Part shown: piece after piece, positions 12,865 through 25,950 of the stretch
How the letters are laid out: every line of letters starts with the position of its first letter
Position numbering within the stretch: position 1 is the stretch's first letter
Assembly: GCA_030390025.1 (NCBI GenBank)
Contig: JASTWF010000070.1
Span: 1,178,001 to 1,242,000 of the forward strand
DNA length: 64,000 bases
From: Squalus acanthias
Taxonomy: Eukaryota
Direction: 5' to 3'
The notes under the pieces: generated by a model
What the model saw: the letters and a program-made list of their open reading frames with translations, nothing else
What the model was told of the DNA's origin: nothing
The model's database searches: none
Position numbers and translations under genes: made by a program

Positions 12865-13800
12865 GATCTACCTCACCTCCACCTCTCTCGACCCATCCAC
12901 TGTCTCTAAATTGTCACATTGCGTGTCCGATATCCAGCACTGGATGAGCAAAAATTTACACCAACCAAATATTGGGAAGACCGAAGCCACTGTCTTTGGT
13001 GCCCGGCACAAATACCGCTCCCTCGCCATGGACTCCATCCCTCTCCCTGGCAGAACCAGACGGTTCACAACCTTGTTGTCATATCTGACCCTGAGATGAT
13101 CTTCGGAACACATAACGGCACCATAACTAATACTGCAGATTTCCACCTCTGTCACATCGCCAATCTGCGGCCTTGCCTCAGCTCATCTGCGGCTGAAACC
13201 CTCATCCGTGCCTTTGTGACCTCTAGACATGAATATTCCAAAGCACTCCTGGCCGGCCTCCCACATTCCAGCCTACTTAAACTTGAGGTCATCCAAAACT
13301 CGGCTGCCCGTGTCCTAATTCTAACCAATACCTGTTCAATGATCACCCTTGTGCTCGCTGAATTACATTGGCTCCCGTTTAGGCAACACCTCGATTTTAA
13401 ATGTCTCATCCTTGTTTTCAAATTCCTCCACTGCCTCACTATCCCTATCTCTGTAATTTCCTCCAGTCCCACAACCCTCCGAGATATCTGTGCTCCTCTA
13501 ATTCTGGCCTATTGGACATCCCCAATTATAATCTCTCAACCATTGCCGGCTGTGCTTTCAGCTGCCAGTGCCCTAAGCTCTGGAATTCCCTCCCTAAATC
13601 TCTCCACCTCCCTATCTCTGTCTCCTCCTCGAACACGCGCCTTAAAACCTACCTTTTTACACAGGTTTTGGTTATCTGTCCCAATATATCGTTAGTTCTT
13701 ACGTGGCTTGGAGTAATTTATTTTGTGAAAACGCTCTTCTAAAGCATCTTGCGACATTTACTACATTAAAAGCGCTATATAAATACCAGTTGATGTTGTT
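12865..13800 (+). mobile_element. L2/CR1-clade LINE 3' fragment
   Basis: ORF 12919..13695 contains AETLIRAFVTSRHEYSKALLAGLP...IQNSAARVL...LHWLP, with a (GTT)n tail. Confidence 0.8.
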
Positions 13801-13980
13801 GTTGGTGGTGGTGGTTGTTCGGGACTTAAGGCAGAACTCATACCAAGCAGCCTATTTTACAGCAAACAAACTCTATTTGCTCAGAAAACGGAGTCTATTT
13901 AAACAGCGCAAAACAGCAAACAGTCTACAGGGTCTATTTAAAAAGAGTCTGTACGAACTACAGCAAACAGAACTCATGAC

Positions 13981-14125
13981 NNNNNNNNNNNNNNNNNNNN
14001 NNNNNNNNNNNNNNNNNNNNNNNNNNNNNNNNNNNNNNNNNNNNNNNNNNNNNNNNNNNNNNNNNNNNNNNNNNNNNNNNNNNNNNNNNNNNNNNNNNNN
14101 NNNNNNNNNNNNNNNNNNNNNNNNN
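13981..14125. other. Assembly gap
   Basis: Run of N. Other gaps lie at 26585-26822, 34108-34274 and ~62836-62974. Confidence 0.99.
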
Positions 14126-14849
14126 ATGCGCAGGAAGTACAATGAGATATAGTTTACAAGTTTGCTTTGATATTGTGATTCACACATATCTAAAAACTTA
14201 ATCATGATTCTAGAAACAAAAATTGGGGAATAAGCATCATTCAATCAAGAATATTCACGACAACAAAATTTTCAATTAAATGCAAGCAATTGTTACACAC
14301 AAAACCATCATGAATTAATAGAAAGGTGTGTTTCGGCCATCAGTTAATGAATACTAACCATATCCATTGGATGTAAACCTCCCTTTACAACCGCCAGTGA
14401 TGCTAACTAACAAATTTCAGCAGAAAACATCTCTAGAAATTTCTCCTCAACTCCCTTAAACCATCAAGCAAGCTCCAGCAGAACATGGTTACCAACAATT
14501 CCAGTTATACTTAATATACTTTCGACATACTGCCATGTGTCATTAATGGATGTTTCTCAAATTGTGGAATAGAATAGATTTCGGCAACACTTTCTATTGC
14601 ACAAGGTGTAGATTGTCTTTAAACACACACGTACACATACTGATAGGCATTCATTTATTTTGGATTGCATTTTATTCACAAGAACAATTTTTAGAAAACT
14701 TCCCCCAGGTATCATCGGAGGGGTTCAGGCCTTCCCAAGTATGGCCAGGTCTTGGTCGGTTCAGTAGTGGATTTTCTGTCTTCAAATGGCCTGGTGGTTG
14801 ATATCTCTGTTTGGAGAGTGTGCAATTCAGCAGTTGCAGAATATAACTA

Positions 14850-15245
14850 CCTCTCCTGCTCGCCTCTGAGTCAGAAGGTAGGGGGTACAAGTCCCACTAC
14901 AGAGGCTTGAGCACATAATCCAGGCTAATAACCCAGTGCCTTTACTGAGGGAGCGCTGCACTGTCGGAGGTGACGCATTTCGGATGAGATGTTGAACCGA
15001 GGCCCCGTCTGCTCTCTCGGGTGGACGTAAAATATACTACGGCACTCTTTCGATGAAGAGCTGGGGTTCACCTGGTAAATATTTATCCCTCAACCAACAT
15101 CACTAAAACAGATTATCTGGAAACTATCACGTTGCTGTTTGTGGAAGCTTGCTGTGCGCAATATGGCTGCAGCGTGTCCTACATTACAACAGTGACTACA
15201 CTTTAAAAGTACTTCCTTGTCTCTAAGCGTTTTGGGACATCCTGA
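14850..15245 (+). mobile_element. tRNA-headed SINE, Deu-domain (SacSINE1-like) type
   Basis: Head CTCGCCTCTGAGTCAGAAGG...; core GCTTGCTGTGCGCAA...CCTACATTACAACAGTGACTACACTT. Further copies at ~16843-17860 (split by a CR1 piece), 27018-27583, 38380-38630 (-), 39315-39600, 40373-40610 and 52555-53010 (-). Confidence 0.7.
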
Positions 15246-15764
15246 AATCTGGACTGGGATTTGGACCCACAAACTTCCAAGTCAAGAGGCGAGAGTGCTA
15301 GCAACTGCACCACTGCTAAAAGCTGAACATGCAGTCGTTTACTTATCCTGCTTCAGTGTGAATCACGACTGTACTCTGGGGAAGAACACGGTTCCCCAAC
15401 CTTTTATTTCAGGAATATAACGGGCGTGAACAAAACCTCTCAAGAAATAAGCAAAATTAATATCCCGTTAATCAATCCGTCCCGTTTACTTAATTAGCCT
15501 AAGGTAAGTTGGTCAGAATGCACAGTACTCCGAATGGTGGGCCCTGGTTTTAATATACACTGAATGGAAACGCGCGACACAGCGCCCCTAGCGGCCAACA
15601 TAAATATCTACTAAAATCAACAAATTCTTTGAGGGACCTGATGGCCAATTAGGAGGTAGGATGTTTGGACACATATTTATCATATTCAGCATCTCGCTGG
15701 GATAAATTCTCTTCTCATTCCTAAAAATCATGTCATAATCTAATTACAAAATAACAGTTCATCA

Positions 15765-17560
15765 ATTCCAGTGATGAGGGACTTCAGTTACATGGATGGA
15801 CTGGAGAAGCTGGGCTTGTTCTCCTCGGAGCAGAGAAGGTTGAGAGGAGATTTGATAGACGTGTTCAAAATCGTGAGTGGTCTAGACAGAGTAGATATAG
15901 AGAAACTGTTCCCATTGTCAGAAGGGCCGAGAACCAGAGGACACGGATTTAAGATGATTGGCAAAAAACAGAGGCGACATGAGGAATAACCTCTTTACGC
16001 AGCGAGTGGTTAGGATCTGGAATGCACTGCCTGAAAGGGTGGTGGAGGCAGACACAATCGTGGCTTTCAAAGGGGAATTGGAAAAGTATCTGAAGGAAAG
16101 AAATTTGCAGGGCTCTGGGGAAAGGGTGCGGGGACTGGGATTAGCAGAAGTGCTCTTGTGGAGAGCTGGCACGGGCTCGACGGTCCGAATGGGCTCCTTC
16201 TGTGCTGTAACCATTCTATGATTCTATGATTTTAAACTTCTAGTGCATTGTTCTATTTAAGGAAAACTTTTTTAAATTTGCTTGCGGGAAATTTCCAACA
16301 AACTGGTCACTAACTTGCTACAGTGGCACCAGTCAAGGCAAAAAGTGCAGAAAAATGCGACACCAGAAAGCCCTCGTTGTTTAAAGTTAGTTGCATACCG
16401 CCATCCTACTGATACACAGGATTATCTTTAGAATACGCTAAGCGGTGTTTGAAAAAGCAATACATTCTACGTAAATCCTGGCGAGTGCACAGAGATAGGA
16501 AGATAGGAACAGGAGGAGGCCATTCAGCGCCTCGAGCCTGTTCCGCCATTCAATGAGATGCCGCTGACCTGTATCTTAACTCCATCTACCCGCCTTGGTT
16601 CCGTAACCCTTAATACCCTTACCCAAGAAAAATCTATCAATCTCAGTTTTCAAATTTTCAATTGACCCCCAACCTCAACGCTTTTGCGGGGAGAGAGTTC
16701 CAGATTTCCACTGCACTTTGTGTGAAGAAGTGCCTCCTGCCATCACCCCTGAACGGCCTGTCTCTAATTTTAAGGTTATGCCCCCTTGTTCTGGTCTCCC
16801 CCCACCAGAGGAAATATTTTCCCTCTATCTAAAGGAGAGACATCTGTGGCCGAGTTGGTAGCATCCTCGCCTCTGAGGCAGAAAGTGATGGGTTAAAGTT
16901 TCGCTCCAGAGACTTGAGCAGAAAAATGTAGGCTGACACTCCCAGTGCAGTATTGAGGGAGCGCTGCACTGTCAGAGCTGCCGTCTTTCAGATGAAGCAC
17001 TAAACTGTGAACAGTTTTGGTCTGTTATCTAAGGAAGGATATACTTACATTGGAGGCGATGCAACGAAGGTTCCCTAGATTGATTCCTGGGATGAGAGGG
17101 CTGTCCAATGATGAGAGATTGTATAGAATGAGCCTATACTCGCTGGAGTTTAGAAGAATGAGAGGTGATCCCATTGAAACATATAAGATTCTGAAGGAGA
17201 TTGACAGGGTACAAGCTAAGAGGTTGTTTCCCCTGGCTGGGGTGTCTAGAACGAGGGGGCATAGGCTTACGATAAGGGGTAGGCCATTTAAGCCTGAGAT
17301 GAGGAGGAATTTCTTCACTCAGAGGGTTGTGAATCTTTGGAATTCTCTGCCCCAGACGGCTGTGGAGGCTCAGTCTTTGAGTAAATTCAAGGCTGAGATC
17401 GATAGATTTTTGGACTCTAGAGGAATCACGGGATATGGAGATCGGGCGGTAAATTGGAGTTGATGTCGATGATCAGCCATGATCTTATTGAATGGAGGAG
17501 CAGGCTCGAGCGGTCGTATGGCCTACTGCTGCTCTTATTTCTTATTTCTTATGTTCTTAT
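15765..17560 (+). mobile_element. CR1 3'-end fragments: ~15765-16230 (+), 16495-16830 (-), 17010-17560 (+)
   Basis: LEKLGLFSSEQRRLRGDLI and FFTQRVVNLWNSLP motifs with (ATTCTATG)n-type tails. Similar short fragments at ~6515-6910, 23480-24535, 29510-29985, 30600-31900, 32920-33400, 34860-35990, 39900-40200, 40990-41825, 48345-48857, 51810-52320 and 63370-63860. Confidence 0.85.
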
Positions 17561-17899
17561 GAGGCCTTGTCTGCCCTCTCAGGTTGACGTAAATGATGCA
17601 ATTGCAATATATCAAGGAAACCCAGCGGAGTTTAGCCTGGAGTCCTGTCCAATATTTATCCCTCAACCAACATCACTAAAAAACAGATGATCTGGTCATT
17701 ATCACATTGGTCTTTGTTGGAGCTTGCTGTGTGCAAATAGGCTGCTGTGTTTCCTACACTACATCAGTGACCACACTTCAGAAAGTACTCCATTGGCTGT
17801 AAAGCGCTTTGGGACGTCCGGTGGTGGTGAAAGGCGCTATAGAAATGCAAGTCTGTCTATTTTCTATCAACTTTAATCATCTTAAGCTCCTTAGTTTGA

Positions 17900-19660
17900 G
17901 ATAGTTTAGGAGTTTGTTGAGAGTCTCTGTGGCTTTACATTGCAAGTTAAATTACTGTTTCCGCCTGCTGCGGATTCTTTCGTAAATCTGATGGATCCCA
18001 TTCGTGTTCTCGCCTCTTTCCCGCCTTCTTTTTTCATGACATTTTCAATGCAGCAAAATCCGCCGATATGTCGAGTCTGGTCACGCGGGCCGCCCCGAGC
18101 CTGGAATACATATTAAAACAGGGAAATATATGAATATTTGAATCGCGTTTACATGAGCTTACTCGTTCTCCATAAGACACGGGACTGGCTTACTGTTTAT
18201 AGGCAACAGTAGACGGATATTAATCATAAATAATCACAAGCTAGAAAACAAAAAGATAATTTTTAAAATGAAAGTGTCCATTCAGACAGCTGCACTGTTT
18301 GATTGGTTGACACGTCGAACCAATCAAATCAGCCGTTTCGTCATACGCCATCTGCCAGAAAAGGTGTTTCCAGGGTCAAGGGGCATAGTTCCGAACAATG
18401 GCCCCTGGTCATTGGTTTAAGAGAATGTAAACCGCTGCTATGGCGACCCTGCGCGCAAGCGAAGAGTCTGCGTGTACCTGGGACCTCAATGAAAAAGCTG
18501 TTTGCCAGTTAGGAGGGCCAAGCTCGCTGCTTAGTGGCGTAGACAGATAGCAACAGTTTCTCGTTATAGCCCACAGAAACATACAGATACAAAAACACAT
18601 GCACACAATTACATACACACAAACACATACACACATAAACTTACGCCTAGAAGGACAAGGGCAGCAGGCGCATGGAAACACCTCCAAGTTCCCCTCCAAG
18701 TTACACACCATCCTGACTTGGAAATATATCGACCGTTCCTTCATCGTTGCTGGGTCAAAATCCTGGAACTCCCTTCCTAACAGCACTGTGGGAATGCCTT
18801 CACCACAAGGGACTGCAGCGGGTCAAGAAGGCGGCTCACCACCACCTTCTCAAGGGCAACTAGGGATGGGCAATAAATGCCGGCCTTGCCAGCGACGCCC
18901 ACATCCCATGAATAAAGAGAAATACGCACACACACCCAGATACACACATATACACATAGACATACTCACACATACACACACACATACACACCTCGACACA
19001 TATACACACACACAGACGCACACACACACACACGCACAAATAAATACAGACTCACCCACGTATAAACACAGACATACACATGCACAGAAACGCAATCTTA
19101 AGTATTGTATATCGACTTAGCATGGAAGCCATTTAGCAACATAGTTTGAGTTATCTTCACATTTAGCCAGGAATGTCGTCGCATTTCTGCATCTCTATAA
19201 TAATTCCTGTGGCTAAAGTATTAAAAACAATCACCACACCGGGGTCGGCTGGGGGTACCTCGACTCCATGTAGAAACAATAAAAACGCTGTAAAATCTGG
19301 GTATCTGAAATACAAACAAAAACTGCTGGAATGACACTGTGGATGAGTGTCTATCGAAGGCATTATGCCCGAAACATTAACTGGTCATTTCTATCAGTAC
19401 ATGAATGTGCGGTTGATGGATTCGCTCTGTTTCCATTCGGAGCAATAATGGCGATTGGATGCAAATTAAGATGATGTAGACCGCGGTCTGCTCTCTGTTC
19501 ACGGGGCGAAACTTTCCTTTGAAGCTGAAACTGTACGCGAACAAAATATGAAACAAGCATTAATTATGATAAATCCTTGATCACGTGCCATAAATATTGA
19601 GAATAGAATTGTGGGATGGTCTTTCAATCAATCTTAAAAGAACGTGAAAAATATAAAAAT
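17900..19660 (-). pseudogene. Relic D: inverted decayed copy of the 3' half (cytoplasmic exons) of the type A VJ-C1 gene
   Basis: Reverse complement aligns by eye to 25130-28450. Examples are GGCGGCCCGCGTGACCAGACT...AAAAAAGAAGGCGGG against the terminal exon at 28254 (acceptor AG>GG here), intron blocks 19160-19480 against 26195-26540, and 19520-19660 against 25130-25265. Confidence 0.75.
18580..19090. repeat. (CA)-rich microsatellite tract with an embedded LINE 3' fragment (~18645-18915)
   Basis: Direct inspection. A related LINE tail occurs at 20577-20990. Confidence 0.8.
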
Positions 19661-20137
19661 TATACCATTAAAGGCGGAGTTGGGGTTGACCAGCTTTGAA
19701 ACATGTTTGAAAACTACCACACCGAGTGGTTGAGGCGAATAGCATAGATGCAATTAAGGGGAAGCTAGATAAAAACATGAGGGAGAAAGGAATAGAAGGA
19801 TATTCTGATGGGGTGAGATGAAGAGGGGAGAGAGGTGGCTGGTGTGGAGCATAAACACCGGCACGGACCAGGTGGGCCGAATGGCCTGTGTCTGTGCTGC
19901 ACATTCTGTGTAATTCTATGGAAGGCGCCTATGGAATCTATGTCAAGGGTTTCCATCTTCAGAAGAATGAAGCGATATGGAAACGGGGAGCTAAGAGAAA
20001 CTTACATCAATTTTAATTTTAGAATGAATTTCTGGTAGAACTGGTTTTGAGTTGAGCTGACCATTTAGTACCTTACTGAATTTCTGAACAGTGATGCGGA
20101 AATGCCTGACCACAACTGAAAAAGTAGCGAGTCTGAC

Positions 20138-20370
20138 CTTGAAGCAGAGAGGGGGCAGCTCGTTGGCAGCGAAGAGGCGCTTTGACTGTGACCGCGCCTG
20201 TTGCTCTGAATACCACAGATCTCGCTGCTCGGGCCGCTTGCGAGGAGTTGTGCAAAGTGCAGCGAGTTGCGGAAACGGCTGGCCGAGATTCTGACTTGAG
20301 CTGGAAAATAATGGCCGAGCTAGAAGCTCTCTGTGGTTTTTCTGTTTCTGCAGCTTAGCCGCTCAAACAC
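20138..20370 (-). pseudogene. Relic of a type B leader exon and promoter (ATG>AAG)
   Basis: GAAGAGGCGCTTTG matches GAAGAAGCTCATTG at the gene C start. The donor CAAG|GTCAGA is retained, and upstream sequence aligns to 50470-50640 and 38900-39030. Confidence 0.6.
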
Positions 20371-21346
20371 AGAAATTTCAAGCAGTGAGGCACCATGTTC
20401 AACCGCACACAGAAGACAGTTGTCACGCAGGGTAGATTTAACTGAACAGAGAGCAGACTCGAGTACATTGACCACATTTACAGCCTCCCCTTCCATGTGA
20501 CACCGCGTCCTGTTTATCTGCATTGCTTAGTGTTTGCACAGGAGTAATTGATCCTATTCTGAGCCTCAATATCATTCATTAAATATCCACTCCCTCCACC
20601 ACCGGCGCACCGTGGCTGCAGTGGGTACTATCTCCATACAGGCTGCACTGCAGCAACTCGCCAAGGCTTCTCCGACAGCACCTCCCAAACTCGCGACCTC
20701 CACCACATAGAAGGACAAGTAGAGCAGGCGCATGGGAACACCACCACCTCCAAGTTCCCCGCTCCAAGTCACACACACCATCCTGACTTTGACAAATACC
20801 GGCCGTTTCTTCATCGTCGCTGGGTCAAAATGCTAGAATTCCCTCCCGAACAGCACTGTGGGAGCACTTTCACCTCAAGGGACTGCAGCGGTTCAAGAAG
20901 GCGGCTCAACATCACCTTCTCAAGGGCAACTCGGGATTGACAATAAATGCCGGCCTTGCCAGCGACGCCCTCATCCCGTGAATGAATTAAATACAATTCT
21001 CAACTTTAACTGCCAAAATTAAAATTAAGAACAATGACAAGTGCACAGATCCATACCATAACCTTTCTGTCACCCTCTTCGAACTATAATCGAAAGCTCT
21101 TTATGGCAACACTGCAATTTGCATTAGACTGACCGCTGTGACGTACAGGCACTGCCCACATGTAAAGTACATGAGGCGTGGGATCCAACAGGATACTGCA
21201 TCTAAAGGCTTAGCGCGGAATAGTTTCCACCGTATCTGAAGGGGGTGTAACCAACTGTGTGTGCGCTCGAGTCACTCGGCGCCCACTCCGAATGCAGAAT
21301 GTTAAGAGCAAGCACGGGAATAACTGAGCGCAGTTCCGGCCTCAAG

Positions 21347-21401
21347 ATGTTCAAGGAAGCTGTTTCCCTGATCCTCATTGTCCACGTGTTCTGGCCTTAC
21401 G
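21347..21401 (+). CDS. Gene A leader exon
   Basis: MFKEAVSLILIVHVFWPY-G|GTGAGT, hydrophobic, phase 1. Confidence 0.75.
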
Positions 21402-22027
21402 GTGAGTGAGACACGGTTCCAAACTCCTAAATGGAATCAGCCAAAAACTGGAAACAATGGACTGTGTTTACTAAGTTGAAAATGTGACCGAGCTAACAGG
21501 TTTTGGCCTGATATTTTCGCCCCTCCCTATTTCTGTGACCTCCTCCAGCCCTGCAACCCTCCGAGATCTCTGCGCTCCTCCAATTCTGCCCTCTTGCGCA
21601 TCCCCATCGCTCCATCCTTGGTGGCGGTGCCATCAGCTGCCTGGGCCCTAAGCTCTGGAATTCCCTCCCCAACCCTCTCCGCCTCTCTCTCCTCCTTTAA
21701 GACGCTCCTTAGCACTTAGCTCTTTGACCAAGCTTTTGGTCACCTGTCCTAATATCTCTTTCTGTGGCTCGGTGTCAAATTTGTGTAAAGCGCCTGGGGT
21801 CGTTTAATTACGTTAAAGGCGCTGTATCAAAGAAAGTTGTTGTTGATAATGTTGTTTTACTTTCTGATCCTTCTATAAGGCGAAGTAAAGGCAAACTACA
21901 GAATGGATATAACAAGCAATAACTGAAGGCAATAATGATGCTGTTCTTAAATTACAGGCGAGGTGTTTCAACGCGGCTTCTTTCTATCGCTCAATAATCA
22001 GTTCTAATGTCACAATAATCCCTCTAG

Positions 22028-22359
22028 TTGCAGAATCCCAGCCCTTTCTGTCTCGGAGCCCCTTCACAGTGACAGCCGGAGTCGGCCAGTCGGTTAAATT
22101 GGAATGTCACCAGGTTCATGTATTGGATTTGTTGAACAGCTATTTCTGGTACAAGCAGCGTGTGGGTGAAGCCCCGAGACTAATCGATATCCCATCCTGC
22201 AATCGGACCGATTGCAAGTTTACTTCTAAAAGAGGACACACCAAATATATACTGATCCTGGACATCCGCCATTTACAGGTGGCTGACACCGGCTCCTATT
22301 ACTGTACTGCTAGGGGTGGCAATGCACCGCTACGAATGGATCCACACTGCTGTTTGGAG
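22028..22359 (+). pseudogene. Gene A single-exon V+J domain (frameshift near 22330)
   Basis: VAESQPFLSRSPFTVTAGVGQSVKLEC...WYKQRVGEAPRLI...DTGSYYCTARGGNAPL. The J-like strand NGSTLLFG|GTAAGA follows in a shifted frame. Confidence 0.85.
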
Positions 22360-22449
22360 GTAAGAGCGAAACCAAATTGAATTCAGATCATGCACAGCCA
22401 TATCATTCGGTGCAAACTAAGTATTAACTGTGTCCAAATCCCTGTCCAG

Positions 22450-22770
22450 ATATTTCCACACCCAAGACGGCTGTGCTGGTGTTTGCTCCGCCGGGGGAGC
22501 CGTATTTAAGGGACAACCTCCCCTTGGTGTGTTTGGTCACTGGCGTCTCCTCGAACCAGATTGCTATTTACTGGAACCTTACCGGACGGGTGATCGAGGG
22601 ACGGAGTGCTTCCGGTACACCTGACCCGGACGGTACCTACAGTATCAGAAGCCATGTGATGGTCTCGGGGGAAGCCTGGAGAAGCGGCGGGGTCTGCACC
22701 TGTGTTGTTGAGCTGGGTTGCAAGGACAAATCTTGGGCCAAGAGCGTGTCGCGCCCCAAAACAGTGGCAG
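22450..22770 (+). CDS. Gene A C1-set domain exon
   Basis: DISTPKTAVLVFAPP...LVCLVTG...IYWN...DGTYSIRSHVMV...WRSGGVCTCVV...KSVS. 321 nt, phase 1/1, after a 90-nt intron. Confidence 0.88.
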
Positions 22771-24808
22771 GTGAGTCGGTGATCTGTATAGCGAAGGTCA
22801 GAATTCAGCTTTAGCGTCAGTTGGAGTAGTTCACTCGCTCCGAAGCGCCTGAAGTCTGTAAATAAAGCAACACCACGGGATGAGCATGAATATCTATATA
22901 TCAGGAGAAATACTGCGATCAATCTGTTATAAAATACATTGAAATAAACTACGGTTACCCTCCGTCCCGGGTCCTGTAAATACTTTCACCGCTCTTGGCT
23001 GACTTTAGATTTCTGCGTGTCATTTTAGAATCATAGAATGATACAGCACAGGAGGAGGCCATTCGGCCTATCGTGCCTGTGCCGGCTCTTTGAAAGAGCT
23101 CTCCAATTAATCCCACTCCGCCCCTGCTCTTTCCCCATAGCCCTTGCAAAATTTTCCCCTTCAAGAATTTATCCGATTCCCTTTTGAAAGTTATTAGTGA
23201 ATCAGCTTCCATGCCCTTTCAGGCAGCGCATCCTGGAATGGATTGGAGTGAACGCGCTTTCTGACCTGAAACTGGTCAAGAGATGCGGTGAAATAGTTGG
23301 CTGAACGCGTCTGCTGGCATCAGACGCTCGCTCATTTCTACCCATTTATTTTCTCGTTTCCTATTTTAAAGACCCGAACCCCCCTTATCAATCCCCACAT
23401 TCCCCATGAAATATATTTTCTTTTAATCGGGTTATGAAGCTTCACTGAAATTGGGTATTCGTTCCAGTTTACCACTCATAAAAAATGGGGGTTGTATGAG
23501 CATAAATCTTTGAAGGTTGCAGAACAAGTCGAGAAGACTGTAAAAAACATATGGGATCCTTGGTTTTATTAATAGAGGAATAGAGTACAGAAGCAAGGAA
23601 GTTATGCTAAACCCTTATAAAACACTGGTTGGGCCACAGCTGGGGACAACACTTTAGGAAGTTTGTGAAATCTAAATTCTAACAGGACTAGACAGACCAG
23701 ATGCAGGAAGGATGTTCCCGATGGCGGGGGAGTCCAGAACCAGGGGTCACAGTCTAAGGGACAAGCCATTTAGGACTGAGATGAGGAGGAATTTCTTCAC
23801 CCAGAGAGTGGTGAACCTGTGGAATTGTCTACCACAGAAGGCACTTGAATCCAAATCATTAAATATATTCAAGAAGGAGTTAGATATATTTCTTAAGGCT
23901 GAAGAGATCAAGGGATATGAGGAGAAAGCAGGGACAGGATACTGAATTTGGATGATCAGCCATGATCTCATTAAATGACGGAGCAGGCTCGAGGGGCCGA
24001 ATGGCCGACTCCTGCTCCTATCTTCTTGGTTTCTAAGTCCTTGGAGAGTGTGCAGAGAAGATTTACCAGAATGGTACCAGGGATGAGGGACTTCAGTTGT
24101 GTGGATAGACTGGAGAAGCTGGGATTGTTCTCCATGAGCAGAGAAGGTGAAGAGGAAATTTAACAGCGGTTTCAATCATGAATCATGAAGGGTTCTGATA
24201 GAATAAATAATGAAAAACTATTCCCATTGGCAGAAGGGTCGCCAACCAGAGGACACAGATTTAAGGTGATTGTCAAAAGTACCAGAGGCGAGATGAGGAG
24301 ACATTTTTTTACGCAGCCAGTTGTTGTGATCTGGAATGTGGTGCCTGAAAGTGCGGTGGAAGCAGATTCAATAGCAACTTTCAAAAGGGAATTGGAAAAA
24401 TAATTGAAGGGATAACATTAACAGGGCAATGGGGAAAGAGAAGGGGAGTGGGACTAATTGGACAGCTCCACAAACGAACCGGCACAGCCACGATGGGTTG
24501 AATGGCCTCCTTCTGAGCTGTAAACATTCTATGATTCCGTTTTCAAATAGGATGTTTTGATTGTGCATTATTAAAATTATGGAGCAATACTGAGGGTGCC
24601 GTCTGTCAATTTGCCTCAGCCACCAAACTAGTGCAATTTATTCCATTATGAGCTTTCACTTGTCCAATATCCGTCGCATTGGCTGGTTTGTCCTTTCACA
24701 CCCCGGGTTTGATGGTCCTTCATTGTAACTGGTTCACGTTTCTCATCAGAGAATCCCAGAAAGTAATGAGTTGACCCAGCAGCATTTTCTAAGTGTTTCT
24801 CTCTGTAG

Positions 24809-24910
24809 GGTGGTGCATTCTGACCCTTCCCATTGCAATAAAGATTATGCTGATCCTGGTTCTGGTATTGATCTTCATTTCCATTTGGAATCATAAAAGC
24901 CGCAGATCAG
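24809..24910 (+). CDS. Gene A transmembrane exon
   Basis: ctctgtag|GWCILTLPIAIKIMLILVLVLIFISIWNHKSRRS|GTGAGA, 102 nt, phase 1/1. Confidence 0.8.
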
Positions 24911-25519
24911 GTGAGAATTTACATTTACCAGGAATATTTTAATAAATGTTTGTTTAATGCGATTCCCTTCACGGAGGTTTAAATACTAATTACAGTTAAT
25001 TGTTTCAGAAGAACGAGTCAAGAGACCCCACAAGGAAAGGTGAGTAACTGAACCATTTACAATGTTCATCAGTAACAGTCTCACTGTATTTAACACTGTG
25101 TCAAAACCAGTCAACACCTACTCCAATTTCAAAATTTTCCACGTTCTTTTGAGTTTGTTCAAAGTCCATTCCACAATTCTGTTCTTGATATTCATGGCAC
25201 GTGACGAAGGATTTAAAAGAAGTAATGCTTGTTTCATATTTTTGTTTGCATACAATTTTAGTTTAAGAGAGAGAAGGATAAGAGCCGGAAGAAATGAGCG
25301 ACACTCGGGTGAGTTGCATTGAAATGTTGGTGCCGATAGAATATCAATTGCAGGATATTTCAAAGATCAATAAGTTCATTTCCCGCCATCAAAATGACCT
25401 GCCATCGTGCTCCTGACTGCCGGACCTACAGAAAGATTAATTATTGGTTATTAATGCTGACAATTATGTATCAGATGGACAATAGACGCCAGACACCAGG
25501 GGTGGATCGCCCGTGTCTA

Positions 25520-25950
25520 TCCATTGGCTTATTGGTGAGCCATTTGCATAGTGGGGGACCATTGGCTTATTGCGGTACCCTTAGCTTATTTGGGGGTTCA
25601 TTGGCTTATTCAGATATCATTGGCATATTGGTGGACCATTGGCATAGTAGTGGACAGTTAGTGTATTGGGGTACCTTTGGCATATGGGGGTACCATTGGC
25701 ATATTGTTGGACCATTGGCATTTTGGAGCACCATTGGCTTATTGGTGAACCATTGGTGTAGTGGGGGACAGTTGGCATATTGAGGTGCCATTGCGTATTG
25801 GTGGGCCATTGGCATATTGGATGATCATTGGTTGATTGGGGTACCTTTGGCGTATTGGTGGACAATTGGCATCTTGGTGGAAAATTGGCATATTGTGGTA
25901 GCATTGGCCTATTGGTGGACCTTTGGCATATTAGGGGGCCATTGGCGCAT
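25520..25950. repeat. Degenerate ~20-bp minisatellite (CCATTGGCATATTGGTGG-like) in a gene A intron
   Basis: About 20 imperfect tandem units visible. Confidence 0.85.

Noticed and set aside
15580-15597. CTCF-like site CAGCGCCCCTAGCGGCC (and TCGCCCCCTGGAG at ~10411)
   Set aside because: The first is one base short of the core spacing and the second is only a partial match. Neither can be supported without ChIP or a PWM score.
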